From positions 5,632,001-5,696,000 of the forward strand of contig OZ244960.1 in the NCBI GenBank assembly GCA_965222605.1: DNA of 64,000 nucleotides, given 5' to 3'. This DNA comes from Candidatus Latescibacterota bacterium (lineage in GTDB: Bacteria > Latescibacterota > UBA2968). A program made the position numbers and the translations under genes. The notes under the pieces are model-generated. The model was given only the letters and a program-made list of their open reading frames with translations. It had not been told where the DNA came from and did no database searches. Below, piece by piece: positions 10,038 to 19,856 of the stretch (positions are counted from its first letter, which is position 1; the number at the start of each line of letters is the position of its first letter).

Positions 10038-10940
10038 ATGGAAGAGATAGCTTTGCCAAAGTTGCGCGTGAGTAGAAAAGAAGCAAATAATAAAATAAAA
10101 GCGCAAATTGAGAAAGGGGAATTGCTCTGTAACCGGCAGATATGTTCAGAAGAAGAATTGGAGAATGTAGGTATAGCAGCCAACCATTGGTCAAGATACA
10201 ACAGAGATCTCTTAATAAAGCTATTTGATAACTTATCGATAGACGATGAATACAAAAATTTCCATTACTATAGATTGAGTCATCAAGATATAGCGAACCT
10301 GATGTTGGATGGGGTTCCCATACCAGATTTTCAAGATCAAGTAAGTGAATACCAAAGAGATATGACAGATAGCATCAATAGTCTAAAGGGAATCTGTTAC
10401 CGACTTGAATTATTCGATGAAGTATTAGACAATGTCCCTTACACCTTGGCCAATAAAGGGTTTTCAGACAATCCCACTCGCACCTTCGGTGACCATGTCT
10501 TCATCGTGCATGGACATGACGAGGCCGCCAAACATGCCATCGCTAGATTCGTGGAGAAGTTTAACTTAAAGGCTACCATACTTGATGAGCAAGCAAGTAA
10601 AGGCCAAACGGTTATTGATAAGTTTGAAGAAAATGCAGACAATGTGGGGTTTGCAATCGTCTTACTGACGCCTGACGATGTTGGCGCACCAAAAGATCAA
10701 ATAGATGAACCTAAACCTCGAGCACGTCAGAACGTTATATTAGAACTCGGCTATTTTTTGTGTGGATTAGGGCGTGAGCGTGTATGTGTTCTTTACAAAA
10801 AAGGAGTTGAACTACCTTCAGATATTCAGGGTATAGTCTATGTACCCATGAATAATCCCAATGAATGGCAACTGAAATTAGCTACAGAAATGAAGCAGGC
10901 AGGATTACCGATTGATCTGAACAAACTTATAGAGGCATAA
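10038..10940 (+). CDS. TIR-like domain nucleotide-binding protein (CAP12/Pycsar TIR family)
   Basis: VFIVHGHD..FAIVLLTPDD..RARQNVILELGYF..LPSDIQG; ggagg RBS before ATG 10038. Confidence 0.85.
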   Translation: MEEIALPKLRVSRKEANNKIKAQIEKGELLCNRQICSEEELENVGIAANHWSRYNRDLLIKLFDNLSIDDEYKNFHYYRLSHQDIANLMLDGVPIPDFQDQVSEYQRDMTDSINSLKGICYRLELFDEVLDNVPYTLANKGFSDNPTRTFGDHVFIVHGHDEAAKHAIARFVEKFNLKATILDEQASKGQTVIDKFEENADNVGFAIVLLTPDDVGAPKDQIDEPKPRARQNVILELGYFLCGLGRERVCVLYKKGVELPSDIQGIVYVPMNNPNEWQLKLATEMKQAGLPIDLNKLIEA

Positions 10941-10971
10941 AAAAAGGCCGATGTATATCGGCCTTTTTTTT
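10939..10971. terminator. bidirectional intrinsic terminator
   Basis: A7-ggccgat-gtat-atcggcc-T run. Confidence 0.88.
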
Positions 10972-10973
10972 CA

Positions 10974-11165
10974 CTATTCATTGCTGATCCCGTGTTCCTC
11001 GAGCCAGGCTTTGAGGGGCGCATCTTCGGGAGTGGGGGAGGTGTAGCCGCAACCGCCGGAATAGCTGACGCCGAGGAGTTGTTTTTGTATGGGCGTGCAG
11101 CGGTCGAGATAGTGTTCTACCTGCATGTCGTCGCGGGGGCGAAGCCAGCGGTAGGAGTAGCCGTA
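10974..11165 (-). pseudogene. orphan 3' end of the PhyH-family gene (copy of 13823-14014)
   Basis: 192-bp colinear copy, 14 differences; encodes YGYSYRWLRPRDDMQ...HGISNE*. Confidence 0.92.
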
Positions 11166-11180
11166 TCATGTACGCCAGGC

Positions 11181-11400
11181 TTATGGTATTGTCAATGTGA
11201 TGTCATAGTCGTTTAGAGCGTTCCAAAAATCGGCGTGTTGAGTCAATGGCCTGACTGCCAGCGTATCCAATTTATCGAACGCCCGATCAAAAATGGCGCA
11301 GCACCAATGTCCCGTAAATCGTGAGTGATACAGAAATCCACGGAATCCGAAACGTGCGAATCTGTGCTTCAATACGCCCTATGAGGTTGACATAGCTGGC
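11181..11400 (-). pseudogene. RES-domain toxin remnant (C-terminal part only)
   Basis: GFLYHSRFTGHWCCAIFDRA matches RES C-terminal G-x-x-Y-x-S-R motif; in-frame stop upstream; lies downstream of MbcA/Xre-like antitoxin. Confidence 0.6.
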
Positions 11401-11402
11401 CA

Positions 11403-11846
11403 TCATCCAAAGTCACCCTGGAGGTATCCTTTGGCGGCAGCCTTAACACGGGCGACTTCTCCTTTGTGAAGAAGGGCAAGCGGTTCCGCTCCATCAAGCG
11501 CGTCGTTTGGTGCTGTAAGCCAATACCACATTTCATAGGCGTCATCGAATAGCTTGGTAATACGATCAAGCCTTTTGATAGGCTGTCCATGTTTGTCGAA
11601 TTGTCCAGCAGGAAAAACATACTCGTGCTTGGCATTTTCCCATCCGACTATATGTCCTTTCTTCAGCCAGTCGTGAACAACCTGGTGGTGATTGAGACCA
11701 GCGAGGGCGACAAGTTGAGAGGAAGTTAGCAGGTCTTCCATCTCTTCCATCTCTTGGGTATTTGCCTCGATCAATGCGTTCGCCTGTTGCTCGTCAATTA
11801 GACATGGTTTGGCACCCTCAATAGTTTCTATATTTTGCGTATTCAT
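11403..11846 (-). CDS. antitoxin Xre/MbcA/ParS-like
   Basis: WYWLTAPNDALDGAEPLALL toxin-binding motif; ggag RBS before ATG 11846. Confidence 0.7.
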   Translation of the reverse strand: MNTQNIETIEGAKPCLIDEQQANALIEANTQEMEEMEDLLTSSQLVALAGLNHHQVVHDWLKKGHIVGWENAKHEYVFPAGQFDKHGQPIKRLDRITKLFDDAYEMWYWLTAPNDALDGAEPLALLHKGEVARVKAAAKGYLQGDFG

Positions 11847-12142
11847 TTTCGATTCTCCGGTCATTGTGTGCTTATTCCACAACTTCCCGGCACATGGGAA
11901 ATATAGCCCCTTTTGGATGTCTGTCAACGCTTGACGCGCAGCATGGGCTGATTCACTTTTCGCCTTCGGGTGACAAAAATGACGACACCATATGCGCCGA
12001 GATGCACGATAATATCTACTTTGCACATTATGAATACGAAACAAGATGACAGGGATGTATGAGGCGACCCGTCAACGTCTTTTTGAGCCTTTTTTCACGA
12101 CAAAGGACGCCGACCGCGAAATCGTGTCTTTATTTTCACCTC

Positions 12143-13699
12143 TCACGCAGACATGATCTCAAAGGTCGTTATATTGCGGGTATCCTTGCTGAACTCTACG
12201 GCGATCAGGTGGATCGGCTGATCCAGACTCCGATATTTGTCCGCATAGCCTTTCTGTCTCAGTTGCGCCATCGCAGTCCCTTCCGGTGCCAATTCCACCA
12301 CCTTAAACTCGAACAGATACACATTACCGTTGAAACGAATTGCCATGTCCAGACGCCCCTGGCTGCTGCTGTCCTCTACAACGATGTCCAATCCCACCGA
12401 TGCGAAGTAGGAGTAGAAAACGCTGGCGTAGTAGCCTTCGTAGTTCGCTATGTCGTTGTTCGTGTGCCACTGGTAGGGAATGCTGGCGAAGAATGCTTTG
12501 AATAGACCCTCCAGACTCGCAAAATCATTGACCAGAAGCAGGTCATACAGACGGGCGCGGTGCTCCGCGCGCTGTGATGGGTCGCCAGTCAGATGATTCA
12601 ACAAGCTCCTATTCAGGCTCTGGCGCACTTCTCGATTCGGATAGGATAGCCGATAGTACATCTCTCCACCGCGCGGTTCGGTATGGTGGATGGTTAGATA
12701 CCCGGTCTGGAACAGCAGGGCTTCGGTGGCGATGTGGTCAACATCAAAAGCCGACAGCAAATCATCACTGCCCAGCATGTTGTCCAGAGCCAGCGCACCG
12801 ACCCCGCGCGATAGTAGCGTCTCGATCAGAAATGTCGGCGTACCTGTCTCGAACCAGTAGGCTTCGAAGCTGTGCCTTCTGAACAGCAAGAGGATGTCGA
12901 AGGGGTTATAGACCTTCTCCTGTCCCCGCCAGCTATAGCCGTTGTACCAGTGCCTTATCTCGTCCCTATCCAGACCCGGCAGTTCTGGCGCAAATACCGT
13001 GTCGAGGTCCTCCTCGGTGTAGCCGCAGATGGCGGAATATTGTGGGTCAATGGTGATGTCGGTGAGGTTGTTGAGGCCAGAGAAAAGATGCACCTTGGAG
13101 AACTTACTGACACCAGTGAGGAATGCGAACTTAATATGAGCATCGCTATCCTTGATGGTCGCGTATAGACCGCGCAGAAAGTCGCGGTTGGCGCACGCGG
13201 TCTCCGGTACTTCCAGAGCATCCAGAATCGGCTTATCGTATTCATCCACAAGCACGACAACACGCTGCTCGCCCTGCCGATGCAATACCCGGATCAGATC
13301 GCCAAAGCACTCCGGTGCAGTATCGTAACGCGGCGCAATCCCGGCTTCTTCTGCTATCGTGAGCAGTTGCGTCATCACATTCGTATGCAGATAGGACGCT
13401 TCTTTGAAATTGCCGCTACCAAAGCTCAAGCGCACAACGGGATAGCGAACCTGCCAGTCCCAGTGGTCGTGGATATGAAGCCCTTCGAACAGCGGTTCAT
13501 TGCCCTCAAACAGTTCCTTCAACGTGTCCAGAAACAGGCTTTTGCCAAAGCGACGTGGACGCGATAAAAAATAGTGCGAGCCCTCGTCCATCAGTCGCCG
13601 CATGTGGGCAGTTTTATCGACATAGTAGCAGTTTTCCTCCCGAATTTTTCGGAAGGTCTGAATGCCAATAGGCAACTTGCGTCTGTCTGATATGCCCAT
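12143..13699 (-). CDS. AAA-ATPase-like protein with C-terminal PD-(D/E)xK nuclease
   Basis: LPIGIQTF, YYVDKT, SRPRRFGKS, VDEYDKP, GRLDMAI..FEFK. Confidence 0.9.
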   Translation of the reverse strand: MGISDRRKLPIGIQTFRKIREENCYYVDKTAHMRRLMDEGSHYFLSRPRRFGKSLFLDTLKELFEGNEPLFEGLHIHDHWDWQVRYPVVRLSFGSGNFKEASYLHTNVMTQLLTIAEEAGIAPRYDTAPECFGDLIRVLHRQGEQRVVVLVDEYDKPILDALEVPETACANRDFLRGLYATIKDSDAHIKFAFLTGVSKFSKVHLFSGLNNLTDITIDPQYSAICGYTEEDLDTVFAPELPGLDRDEIRHWYNGYSWRGQEKVYNPFDILLLFRRHSFEAYWFETGTPTFLIETLLSRGVGALALDNMLGSDDLLSAFDVDHIATEALLFQTGYLTIHHTEPRGGEMYYRLSYPNREVRQSLNRSLLNHLTGDPSQRAEHRARLYDLLLVNDFASLEGLFKAFFASIPYQWHTNNDIANYEGYYASVFYSYFASVGLDIVVEDSSSQGRLDMAIRFNGNVYLFEFKVVELAPEGTAMAQLRQKGYADKYRSLDQPIHLIAVEFSKDTRNITTFEIMSA

Positions 13700-13822
13700 C
13701 TCTCATCTCCAGATTTTGATGCCAGTACGGTCGCCCTGCTCGATACAGTATTATACCGATTTCGCTATCTATTTGGAAGTCAAAACTTTTCATTATGGAT
13801 TTTGTTGCATGTCTAATACTGA

Positions 13823-14668
13823 CTATTCACTACTGATCCCGTGTTCTTCGAGCCAGGCTTTGAGGGGCGCATCTTTGGGAGTGGGGGAGGTGTAGCCGCG
13901 GCCGCCAGAGTAGCTGACGCCGAGGAGTTGTTTTTGGATGGGCGTGCAGCGGTCGAGGTAGTGTTCAACTTGCATGTCGTCGCGGGGGCGAAGCCAGCGA
14001 TAAGAGTAGCCGTAGAAGAGGACGCGGCGCGGTTCCTTCCAGTAGTTGGTACTGGCCGAGTGCCATATTCGGCGGTCAAAAAATACGGCTGATCCAGGTG
14101 GCACGAGCACTGGGGTAGCATCTTTGTGCGGCGCGTTGCGATCTTCTCCTGGAAATGTGTTTTGCGTTTGGCTTTTGGGAAGGACGTAGAAATTGCCGCG
14201 GCCCTGTTCAGTCGTATCGGTGAGAAAAAAGCCGATTTTGAGGGAGATCCTGGGACGCGGGTTCATGTCAAAATCTTGATTGATGCGGCCGCTGTCCTGG
14301 TGAAAGCCGAGGCCAGGTCCGTCTTTTTCGAATGTTTTGTGCGGTTCTGCAGGGGGTGTTACGGTCATGTGGGTATGGTAGAGTTGGATGTGCCAGCCCA
14401 GGATGCCCCACACTTTGGGAAATGTTTTGTACCAGTCGAGCAAGGGCAAGAAGCGGTCGTCCTTGCCAATGAAGTCGTAGTGGTTGATGCGCGCTGTGGC
14501 ACTTTTGTCCATCCGAGCGCGTTCTTCTTTATCTACGCGATCCACTGCAACGACAAGATCGCGGACCATGTCGGGTGGCAGGGCGTCTGGAACGATGAAA
14601 TAGCCATCCCGTTTGAATTTGCGCGCTTCTTCTTCTGTTAGACAATAATCGAGACATTTGGGGTGCAT
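13823..14668 (-). CDS. phytanoyl-CoA dioxygenase (PhyH) family 2OG-Fe(II) enzyme
   Basis: FKRDGYFIV, FHQD, GSAVFFDRRIWHS. Confidence 0.85.
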   Translation of the reverse strand: MHPKCLDYCLTEEEARKFKRDGYFIVPDALPPDMVRDLVVAVDRVDKEERARMDKSATARINHYDFIGKDDRFLPLLDWYKTFPKVWGILGWHIQLYHTHMTVTPPAEPHKTFEKDGPGLGFHQDSGRINQDFDMNPRPRISLKIGFFLTDTTEQGRGNFYVLPKSQTQNTFPGEDRNAPHKDATPVLVPPGSAVFFDRRIWHSASTNYWKEPRRVLFYGYSYRWLRPRDDMQVEHYLDRCTPIQKQLLGVSYSGGRGYTSPTPKDAPLKAWLEEHGISSE

Positions 14669-14707
14669 TGTCTGGCTCCTTTTGAGATTGGGGCGAAAGA
14701 CATAGTC

Positions 14708-15205
14708 TCACGCGTTGGTTTTATAGCGTCGCGTCAGTACATACCGATCTTCTGTGGCGCGATAATAACCCCGCACAAAGTGTCGTTCACAAAATCCCCA
14801 TTTTTCGTACAGGGAAATAGCATTTTCATTTTCGGGATCTACTGTCAAAAAACAATCCACACCGATTTGATCGCACGCGGCCAAAATTGCATCGAACAAA
14901 GCGGAACCTATGCCTTTGCCGCGAAAGGGATGATCCACAAATACTTTGTGCAAACAATATAGCCTGTCTGTTGCCGTGGGAAATGCCAGCACAGCACCGA
15001 TCAGTTTCTCGCGCTCCCATGCACAAAATACCAGCGCGTGCTCTGTCCACAATCGCCAGACGTGTTCTCCATCGGGTATATACTCAGAATTTCGGTTTTG
15101 TGCCCATGCTTCGCGATCTAATTTTGCGATCTCCAAAAAATCGCGCGTTTTAGCACGTTGGATATACATTCCAAATATCCTTGTGAATAGCGGAGAGCTT
15201 TCCAT
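14708..15205 (-). CDS. GNAT family N-acetyltransferase (start may be 15169)
   Basis: VFVDHPFRGKGIG, NENAISLYEKWGF. Confidence 0.85.
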   Translation of the reverse strand: MESSPLFTRIFGMYIQRAKTRDFLEIAKLDREAWAQNRNSEYIPDGEHVWRLWTEHALVFCAWEREKLIGAVLAFPTATDRLYCLHKVFVDHPFRGKGIGSALFDAILAACDQIGVDCFLTVDPENENAISLYEKWGFCERHFVRGYYRATEDRYVLTRRYKTNA

Positions 15206-15286
15206 TTATGATCCGTGTAGATATGTCGAAATGTTTGATGTGCGTCAAGTCATTTCCTATGTCTTGTGGAAGATCTTTCAAAAGCA

Positions 15287-15314
15287 TTGACATTCTCAGT
15301 GCAAGTCCTATCTT
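15287..15314 (+). promoter_or_regulatory. possible sigma70 promoter
   Basis: TTGACA-16nt-TATCTT upstream of 15413. Confidence 0.4.
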
Positions 15315-15412
15315 CAGAAGCGGTCGGCAACTGCAAGTTCATCCACTTTCAGCTTTTGGCCCTTTGTTTTGCTGACCGATAGCGGCTGAGAGCTACTAAT
15401 CGGGAGATAAAA

Positions 15413-16174
15413 ATGAAGTTGGGTATTGTCACGTATCAAATCGCCGCTGACTGGGATGTTTCTACTATTATTGAAAACTGTGCCAAACTCGGTTATGGTG
15501 GTGCTGAACTGCGTACCACGCATGCTCACGGCGTTGAATCAGATCTTTCGGCGGAGCAACGGCAAGATATCCGCAAACAATTTGAAGATGGCGGTGTCGA
15601 AATCGCGGGTTTGGGCTCGGCCTTTGAATATCATTCGGATGATCCCGGCGTTGTGCGCGAAAATATCGATGGGACAATTGAATACGCCAAACTCGCCGCC
15701 GATCTGGGTTGTCCAGGCGTTAAGGTGCGGCCCAATGGCCTGCAAACCGACAAGGGCATCTCGGTGGATCAAACACTCGAACAAATTGGCAAATCAGTGC
15801 GTGAATGCGCGATTGCGGCCGCTGATCTGGGGGTGCAAATCCGGGTGGAAGTACACGGGCGAGAAACGCAAAAACCCGCGTATATGCGTACCATTATGGA
15901 TTGGGCAGATCACGATAATGCCTATGTGTGCTGGAATTCGAATTTGGGCGAGGTTGAAGATGGTTCTATCAAAGCCAATTTTGACCTGCTCAGACACAAA
16001 ATAGGTCTGGTACACATCACCGAATTGTGCAATCCGGCTTATCCCTGGAGCGAACTCTTTTCTCTCCTCAATGCCGAAGGCTATGCGGGATATACGCTGG
16101 CCGAAATTCCCGGTAGTACAGATGCCGAGCGTCTGCTTCAATATTACAAAGCGTTATGGGAAGCGTATCAGTAG
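15413..16174 (+). CDS. sugar phosphate isomerase/epimerase (xylose isomerase-like TIM barrel)
   Basis: GYGGAELR, VEVHG, HITEL motifs. Confidence 0.8.
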   Translation: MKLGIVTYQIAADWDVSTIIENCAKLGYGGAELRTTHAHGVESDLSAEQRQDIRKQFEDGGVEIAGLGSAFEYHSDDPGVVRENIDGTIEYAKLAADLGCPGVKVRPNGLQTDKGISVDQTLEQIGKSVRECAIAAADLGVQIRVEVHGRETQKPAYMRTIMDWADHDNAYVCWNSNLGEVEDGSIKANFDLLRHKIGLVHITELCNPAYPWSELFSLLNAEGYAGYTLAEIPGSTDAERLLQYYKALWEAYQ

Positions 16175-16233
16175 GTAGGCCTCGCTCCGTCGCCCGGCCC
16201 AAGGGGTTGGGACTGACAACTAACAACTGATAC

Positions 16234-16917
16234 ATGAGCGTACAAAAAGAAATTTACGCCCTCAAACGCGAACTCGCCGCGCGTTATCAACTCGGCGAAG
16301 AACACCACAATATTTGCGGGCGCAAAATAGGTGTGACCTGTGTTGAAGATGCCGAAGCACTCTTTGACAAACTGGGGATGGCCGATCCCGATAGCGTTGA
16401 AGTGCGAGATGAACGCATGCCGTATTGGGCAACGCTTTGGGATTCTGCTCTTATTTTATCCGATGTTCTGCTCTCGGATAACTTGATCGCGCCGGGCGAG
16501 TCCGTACTTGAACTCGGCTGTGGATTGGGCCTTGTGTCATCTATTGCCTGTCTCAAACGCGCGCGTGTCACTGCCACCGATTATCAGCCCAATGCACTCA
16601 AGTTCGCGCGACTCAACGGATTGCAAATTGCCGGCGTCGCGCCCAGGACAATGCTCATCGACTGGCGTTCCCCGCCTCAAGATCTATGCTATACCACCTT
16701 GTTGGGCGCAGACCTCGTGTACGAACTGCGCTTTTTCGATCCCCTCATCGCCACATTCGACGCCCTTCTCGTACCGGGAGGGCGCGTTTTATTTTCTGAA
16801 CCCAATCGCGTCGTAGGCAGATCTTTCTTTGATCGTCTCCACGATGCGGGCTGGGCGTTTTCCACTATAACCGAGCGGGAAGGCGCGACAGTGTATGAGA
16901 TCGTGAGATGTGATTAA
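16234..16917 (+). CDS. class I SAM-dependent methyltransferase (METTL21-like)
   Basis: PYWATLWDSA, VLELGCGLG, GADLVY. Confidence 0.85.
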   Translation: MSVQKEIYALKRELAARYQLGEEHHNICGRKIGVTCVEDAEALFDKLGMADPDSVEVRDERMPYWATLWDSALILSDVLLSDNLIAPGESVLELGCGLGLVSSIACLKRARVTATDYQPNALKFARLNGLQIAGVAPRTMLIDWRSPPQDLCYTTLLGADLVYELRFFDPLIATFDALLVPGGRVLFSEPNRVVGRSFFDRLHDAGWAFSTITEREGATVYEIVRCD

Positions 16918-17804
16918 AACACATCCAGCGCTGCTGCTTCGATTTCTTTCCGCAATGCCTTCTCTTCTTCCTCATCGAGAGGACGTGTTGGTTTGATGGG
17001 GTTGCCGCACTCAATTCCCTGCCAGCGCAATACGGCGCGCACGCTGCCGTGTCCACCGTATTTTTGACAAATCCTAATCAGCTCATTTACGTTTGCTTGC
17101 AGTGCGCGGGCCGTATCTAAATCGCACTTGTTCATCGCTTCGTAGATGCCGACAAAATGCGAGGGCATCACATTGTAAAACGTGCCAATACCTCCCTGAG
17201 CACCTATTGCAATGCCCGATAGGGCCACTTCGTCATGTCCGTTAAAAATATGCGGTTTATGCGACCCATTGAGGAGACGTTCCATTAAGAACAAGTTGAA
17301 ATTTGTGAACTTAATACCCACCACGCCTTTAAGTGCGAGCATCTGGCTGATTTGTTCAAACGAATACTCCTGATGCGTGACCACGGGAATATAATACACG
17401 AAGACCGGCAAATTTGCCGCCGAACTCAACGCGCTGTAATACGCCAATATATCGTCAAACCGATACCCCTGGACATAAGGCGGCAAACTCGAAATGCCAT
17501 CGGCCCCTGCATCTGCGGCGTGTTTGGCGAGTTCAACCGCATCGCGCTCAGAGGGCGCGCCAACGTGTACCACCACCCGTCCACGCCCTTTTGATGCTTT
17601 GACGGCGACCTCTGTGGCCAATTTGCGTTCGGCCATTGTCATCAAATAGCCTTCGCCCGTGTTGCCGGCTACATATACGCCATGTGACCCCTGTTCGTAA
17701 ATACGCGCCATGAGTTTTTCGTAAGCTGAGACGCTGAATGCACCCGCCCCATCTCTGGGGCTGACCAGTGCAGGATACATGCCCTTGAAACCGTCGAGTA
17801 TCAC
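16914..17804 (-). CDS. dihydrodipicolinate synthase / N-acetylneuraminate lyase family
   Basis: GNTGEG, VYYIP, GIKFT Schiff-base lysine. Confidence 0.85.
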   Translation of the reverse strand: MILDGFKGMYPALVSPRDGAGAFSVSAYEKLMARIYEQGSHGVYVAGNTGEGYLMTMAERKLATEVAVKASKGRGRVVVHVGAPSERDAVELAKHAADAGADGISSLPPYVQGYRFDDILAYYSALSSAANLPVFVYYIPVVTHQEYSFEQISQMLALKGVVGIKFTNFNLFLMERLLNGSHKPHIFNGHDEVALSGIAIGAQGGIGTFYNVMPSHFVGIYEAMNKCDLDTARALQANVNELIRICQKYGGHGSVRAVLRWQGIECGNPIKPTRPLDEEEEKALRKEIEAAALDVF

Positions 17805-18808
17805 AGGGCGCCTCCTGTTTTTTCGTAAAGGGCGCGGGCTAATGATTCGATTTCTGTGCGTTCAACCAATGTCTCTACGAGATGTTGCGGCAAACCCGAT
17901 GTCCCGCGATACAAACCGCTCAATGTGCCGGCAACGGCTGCAAATGTATCTACATCTCCACCCGTGTGTAGCGCGCGTTCGACCGTGGGGATAAATTCTC
18001 CTTCTGCGCGCAAAAATGCCTCTAAAGCCACGACAACTGTGGCCTGGGCTTCGCTCGGGATGGCATTTTCTCGCACCGCTTCGGGCATTTGTACCATGGC
18101 CGCCCACGCATCTTCTTCGTTCATTGTCAGCAATGTCCGCACCTGTGCGATCAACTCGCCTGTGGATTCGCAAATCGGTCTGGCCGACCACTCGGCCACG
18201 TCCAGGACTTCATTCCCATCCAGGGGGCGATGTGTTACCAGATGCCCCACCACATGGGCCATTGCGACCGCAGGTGCAACTGCGCGAGGATCCTGGTGTG
18301 TCACATGGCTCGCTGTAATTGCATCTTCCCGGATATTTTCACCGGTTGCCCAGTTCCACAAGCCCACTGGCGCGATTTTCATGACCGCCCCGTTGGAGGG
18401 GTGGTCTTTTGATGCGGCTTCGGACCACGCCAAACCACGATCAAGGCGTTCCAGAGTTTCTCGAAAAGCCCTGCCATACATACGCAGGATTCCCTCACGC
18501 CACAGCGCCAAAAACCGATTGCTCAGGTCTTCGGGATCGATCTTTTCACACGCTATAATTGACTCAATCAGGATGAGGGTCTGCTGTGTATCGTCTGTAT
18601 ATTCTCCTGCTGGCCGGGTCAACACGCCTTCCCGATTGATCCGACCTCGATAGTGGTCTGTCAATCCTTCTACCGCTAAAATTCGCTCCCGGGGCCATCC
18701 CTCACAAAAACAGCCCAGAGCATCGCCTATTGCGCCGCCCAATAGCGCGCCTACAAACAAATCCTCAACCTCGACATCTTCCAGCTCGTCTTCCCAATAA
18801 TCAGCCAT
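17801..18808 (-). CDS. ADP-ribosylglycohydrolase family protein
   Basis: GAIGDALG, YTDDTQQ, SNGAVM, GGDVDT. Confidence 0.9.
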   Translation of the reverse strand: MADYWEDELEDVEVEDLFVGALLGGAIGDALGCFCEGWPRERILAVEGLTDHYRGRINREGVLTRPAGEYTDDTQQTLILIESIIACEKIDPEDLSNRFLALWREGILRMYGRAFRETLERLDRGLAWSEAASKDHPSNGAVMKIAPVGLWNWATGENIREDAITASHVTHQDPRAVAPAVAMAHVVGHLVTHRPLDGNEVLDVAEWSARPICESTGELIAQVRTLLTMNEEDAWAAMVQMPEAVRENAIPSEAQATVVVALEAFLRAEGEFIPTVERALHTGGDVDTFAAVAGTLSGLYRGTSGLPQHLVETLVERTEIESLARALYEKTGGAL

Positions 18809-18857
18809 AACTCAAATCCTCAAGTTTAATCGGGGTAAAAATATCGGACAAGAGCCT

Positions 18858-19856
18858 CTATTGCGCATCTACGATATTGCGAAATGCCCGAATGTGATCG
18901 GGCGTTGTGCCGCAACATCCGCCAATCAAAAATCCGCCGGCGTCCAACAAGTCTTTGACGTGTTGCGCCATGTCTTCTGGCCCTTGTGAATACGACGCCT
19001 GTTTGGTGACTTTGTCCAGGGTGGGCAAGCCCGCATTGGGATAGGCCATCAAACGCTTGTTTTCAATGTCGCGATCCACAAGTGCTTTTTGCATCTGCTT
19101 TGTGCCCTCAATTGCATAGGGCATGCCCGTATGATCTGTATTGCGCGTTTCGGCACCGCAGTTCAGGCCCAAAAGTTGCACATTATCGAGCAGATCATCG
19201 CCATCTGAAAATTCACCACTTGCCAAAATATCCAGCACATCGCCGGGCGAAAAGCCCCAGTCCGTTCGATAAATCAATTCACCCGTTTTGCGATCCTTTG
19301 TGAATTTATACGTCATATTCACGGCGATGGGCAAGCCCGTCTGCCGCGCAATATCAACGGCGATTGCCGCTTCTTTGGCGGAAAACTGCGTCTCTATGAC
19401 AAAAAAATCGACACCGCTTTTGACCATGGTAGAGATCACGCGCTCGTGGGCTGATCGCACATCTATATTGGGAATGCCAAAATCCGTATCGCCGGCATCG
19501 GCTTCAATAGCGCCGGGGGATGGGCCGATGGAACCGCCCACATAAACATCCTTCCCACTTTCTTCAATGGCTTGCCGCGCGTGTTGGACGGCTAATTCTG
19601 TCAATTTTTCGGCATCATCTACATCGGCATCGGCCATCTCGAGATGTAATGGAGATACCACAAATGTGTTCGTGCCAATGGCATTTGCACCCGCATCGAT
19701 ATACGCGCGATGCACTGCCACCACCTCGTTGAGATGCGATAGATTGGCGATGGAACTGTTTGCCAGATTCACCCCATGTTCAAATAATTGAGATCCAAAC
19801 CCGCCGTCGTATACCATAGGTTGGTCATCTGTGAGGCGTTCTGCAAAAGATTTCAT
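18858..19856 (-). CDS. homocysteine S-methyltransferase family protein (stand-alone MetH Hcy domain)
   Basis: DGGFGS, GLNCG, YPNAGLP, IGGCCGTTPDHI zinc ligands. Confidence 0.88.
   Translation of the reverse strand: MKSFAERLTDDQPMVYDGGFGSQLFEHGVNLANSSIANLSHLNEVVAVHRAYIDAGANAIGTNTFVVSPLHLEMADADVDDAEKLTELAVQHARQAIEESGKDVYVGGSIGPSPGAIEADAGDTDFGIPNIDVRSAHERVISTMVKSGVDFFVIETQFSAKEAAIAVDIARQTGLPIAVNMTYKFTKDRKTGELIYRTDWGFSPGDVLDILASGEFSDGDDLLDNVQLLGLNCGAETRNTDHTGMPYAIEGTKQMQKALVDRDIENKRLMAYPNAGLPTLDKVTKQASYSQGPEDMAQHVKDLLDAGGFLIGGCCGTTPDHIRAFRNIVDAQ

Noticed and set aside
17856-18653. 265-aa + strand ORF
   Set aside because: Antisense to the ADP-ribosylglycohydrolase gene; Ser/Ala/Arg-rich shadow composition.
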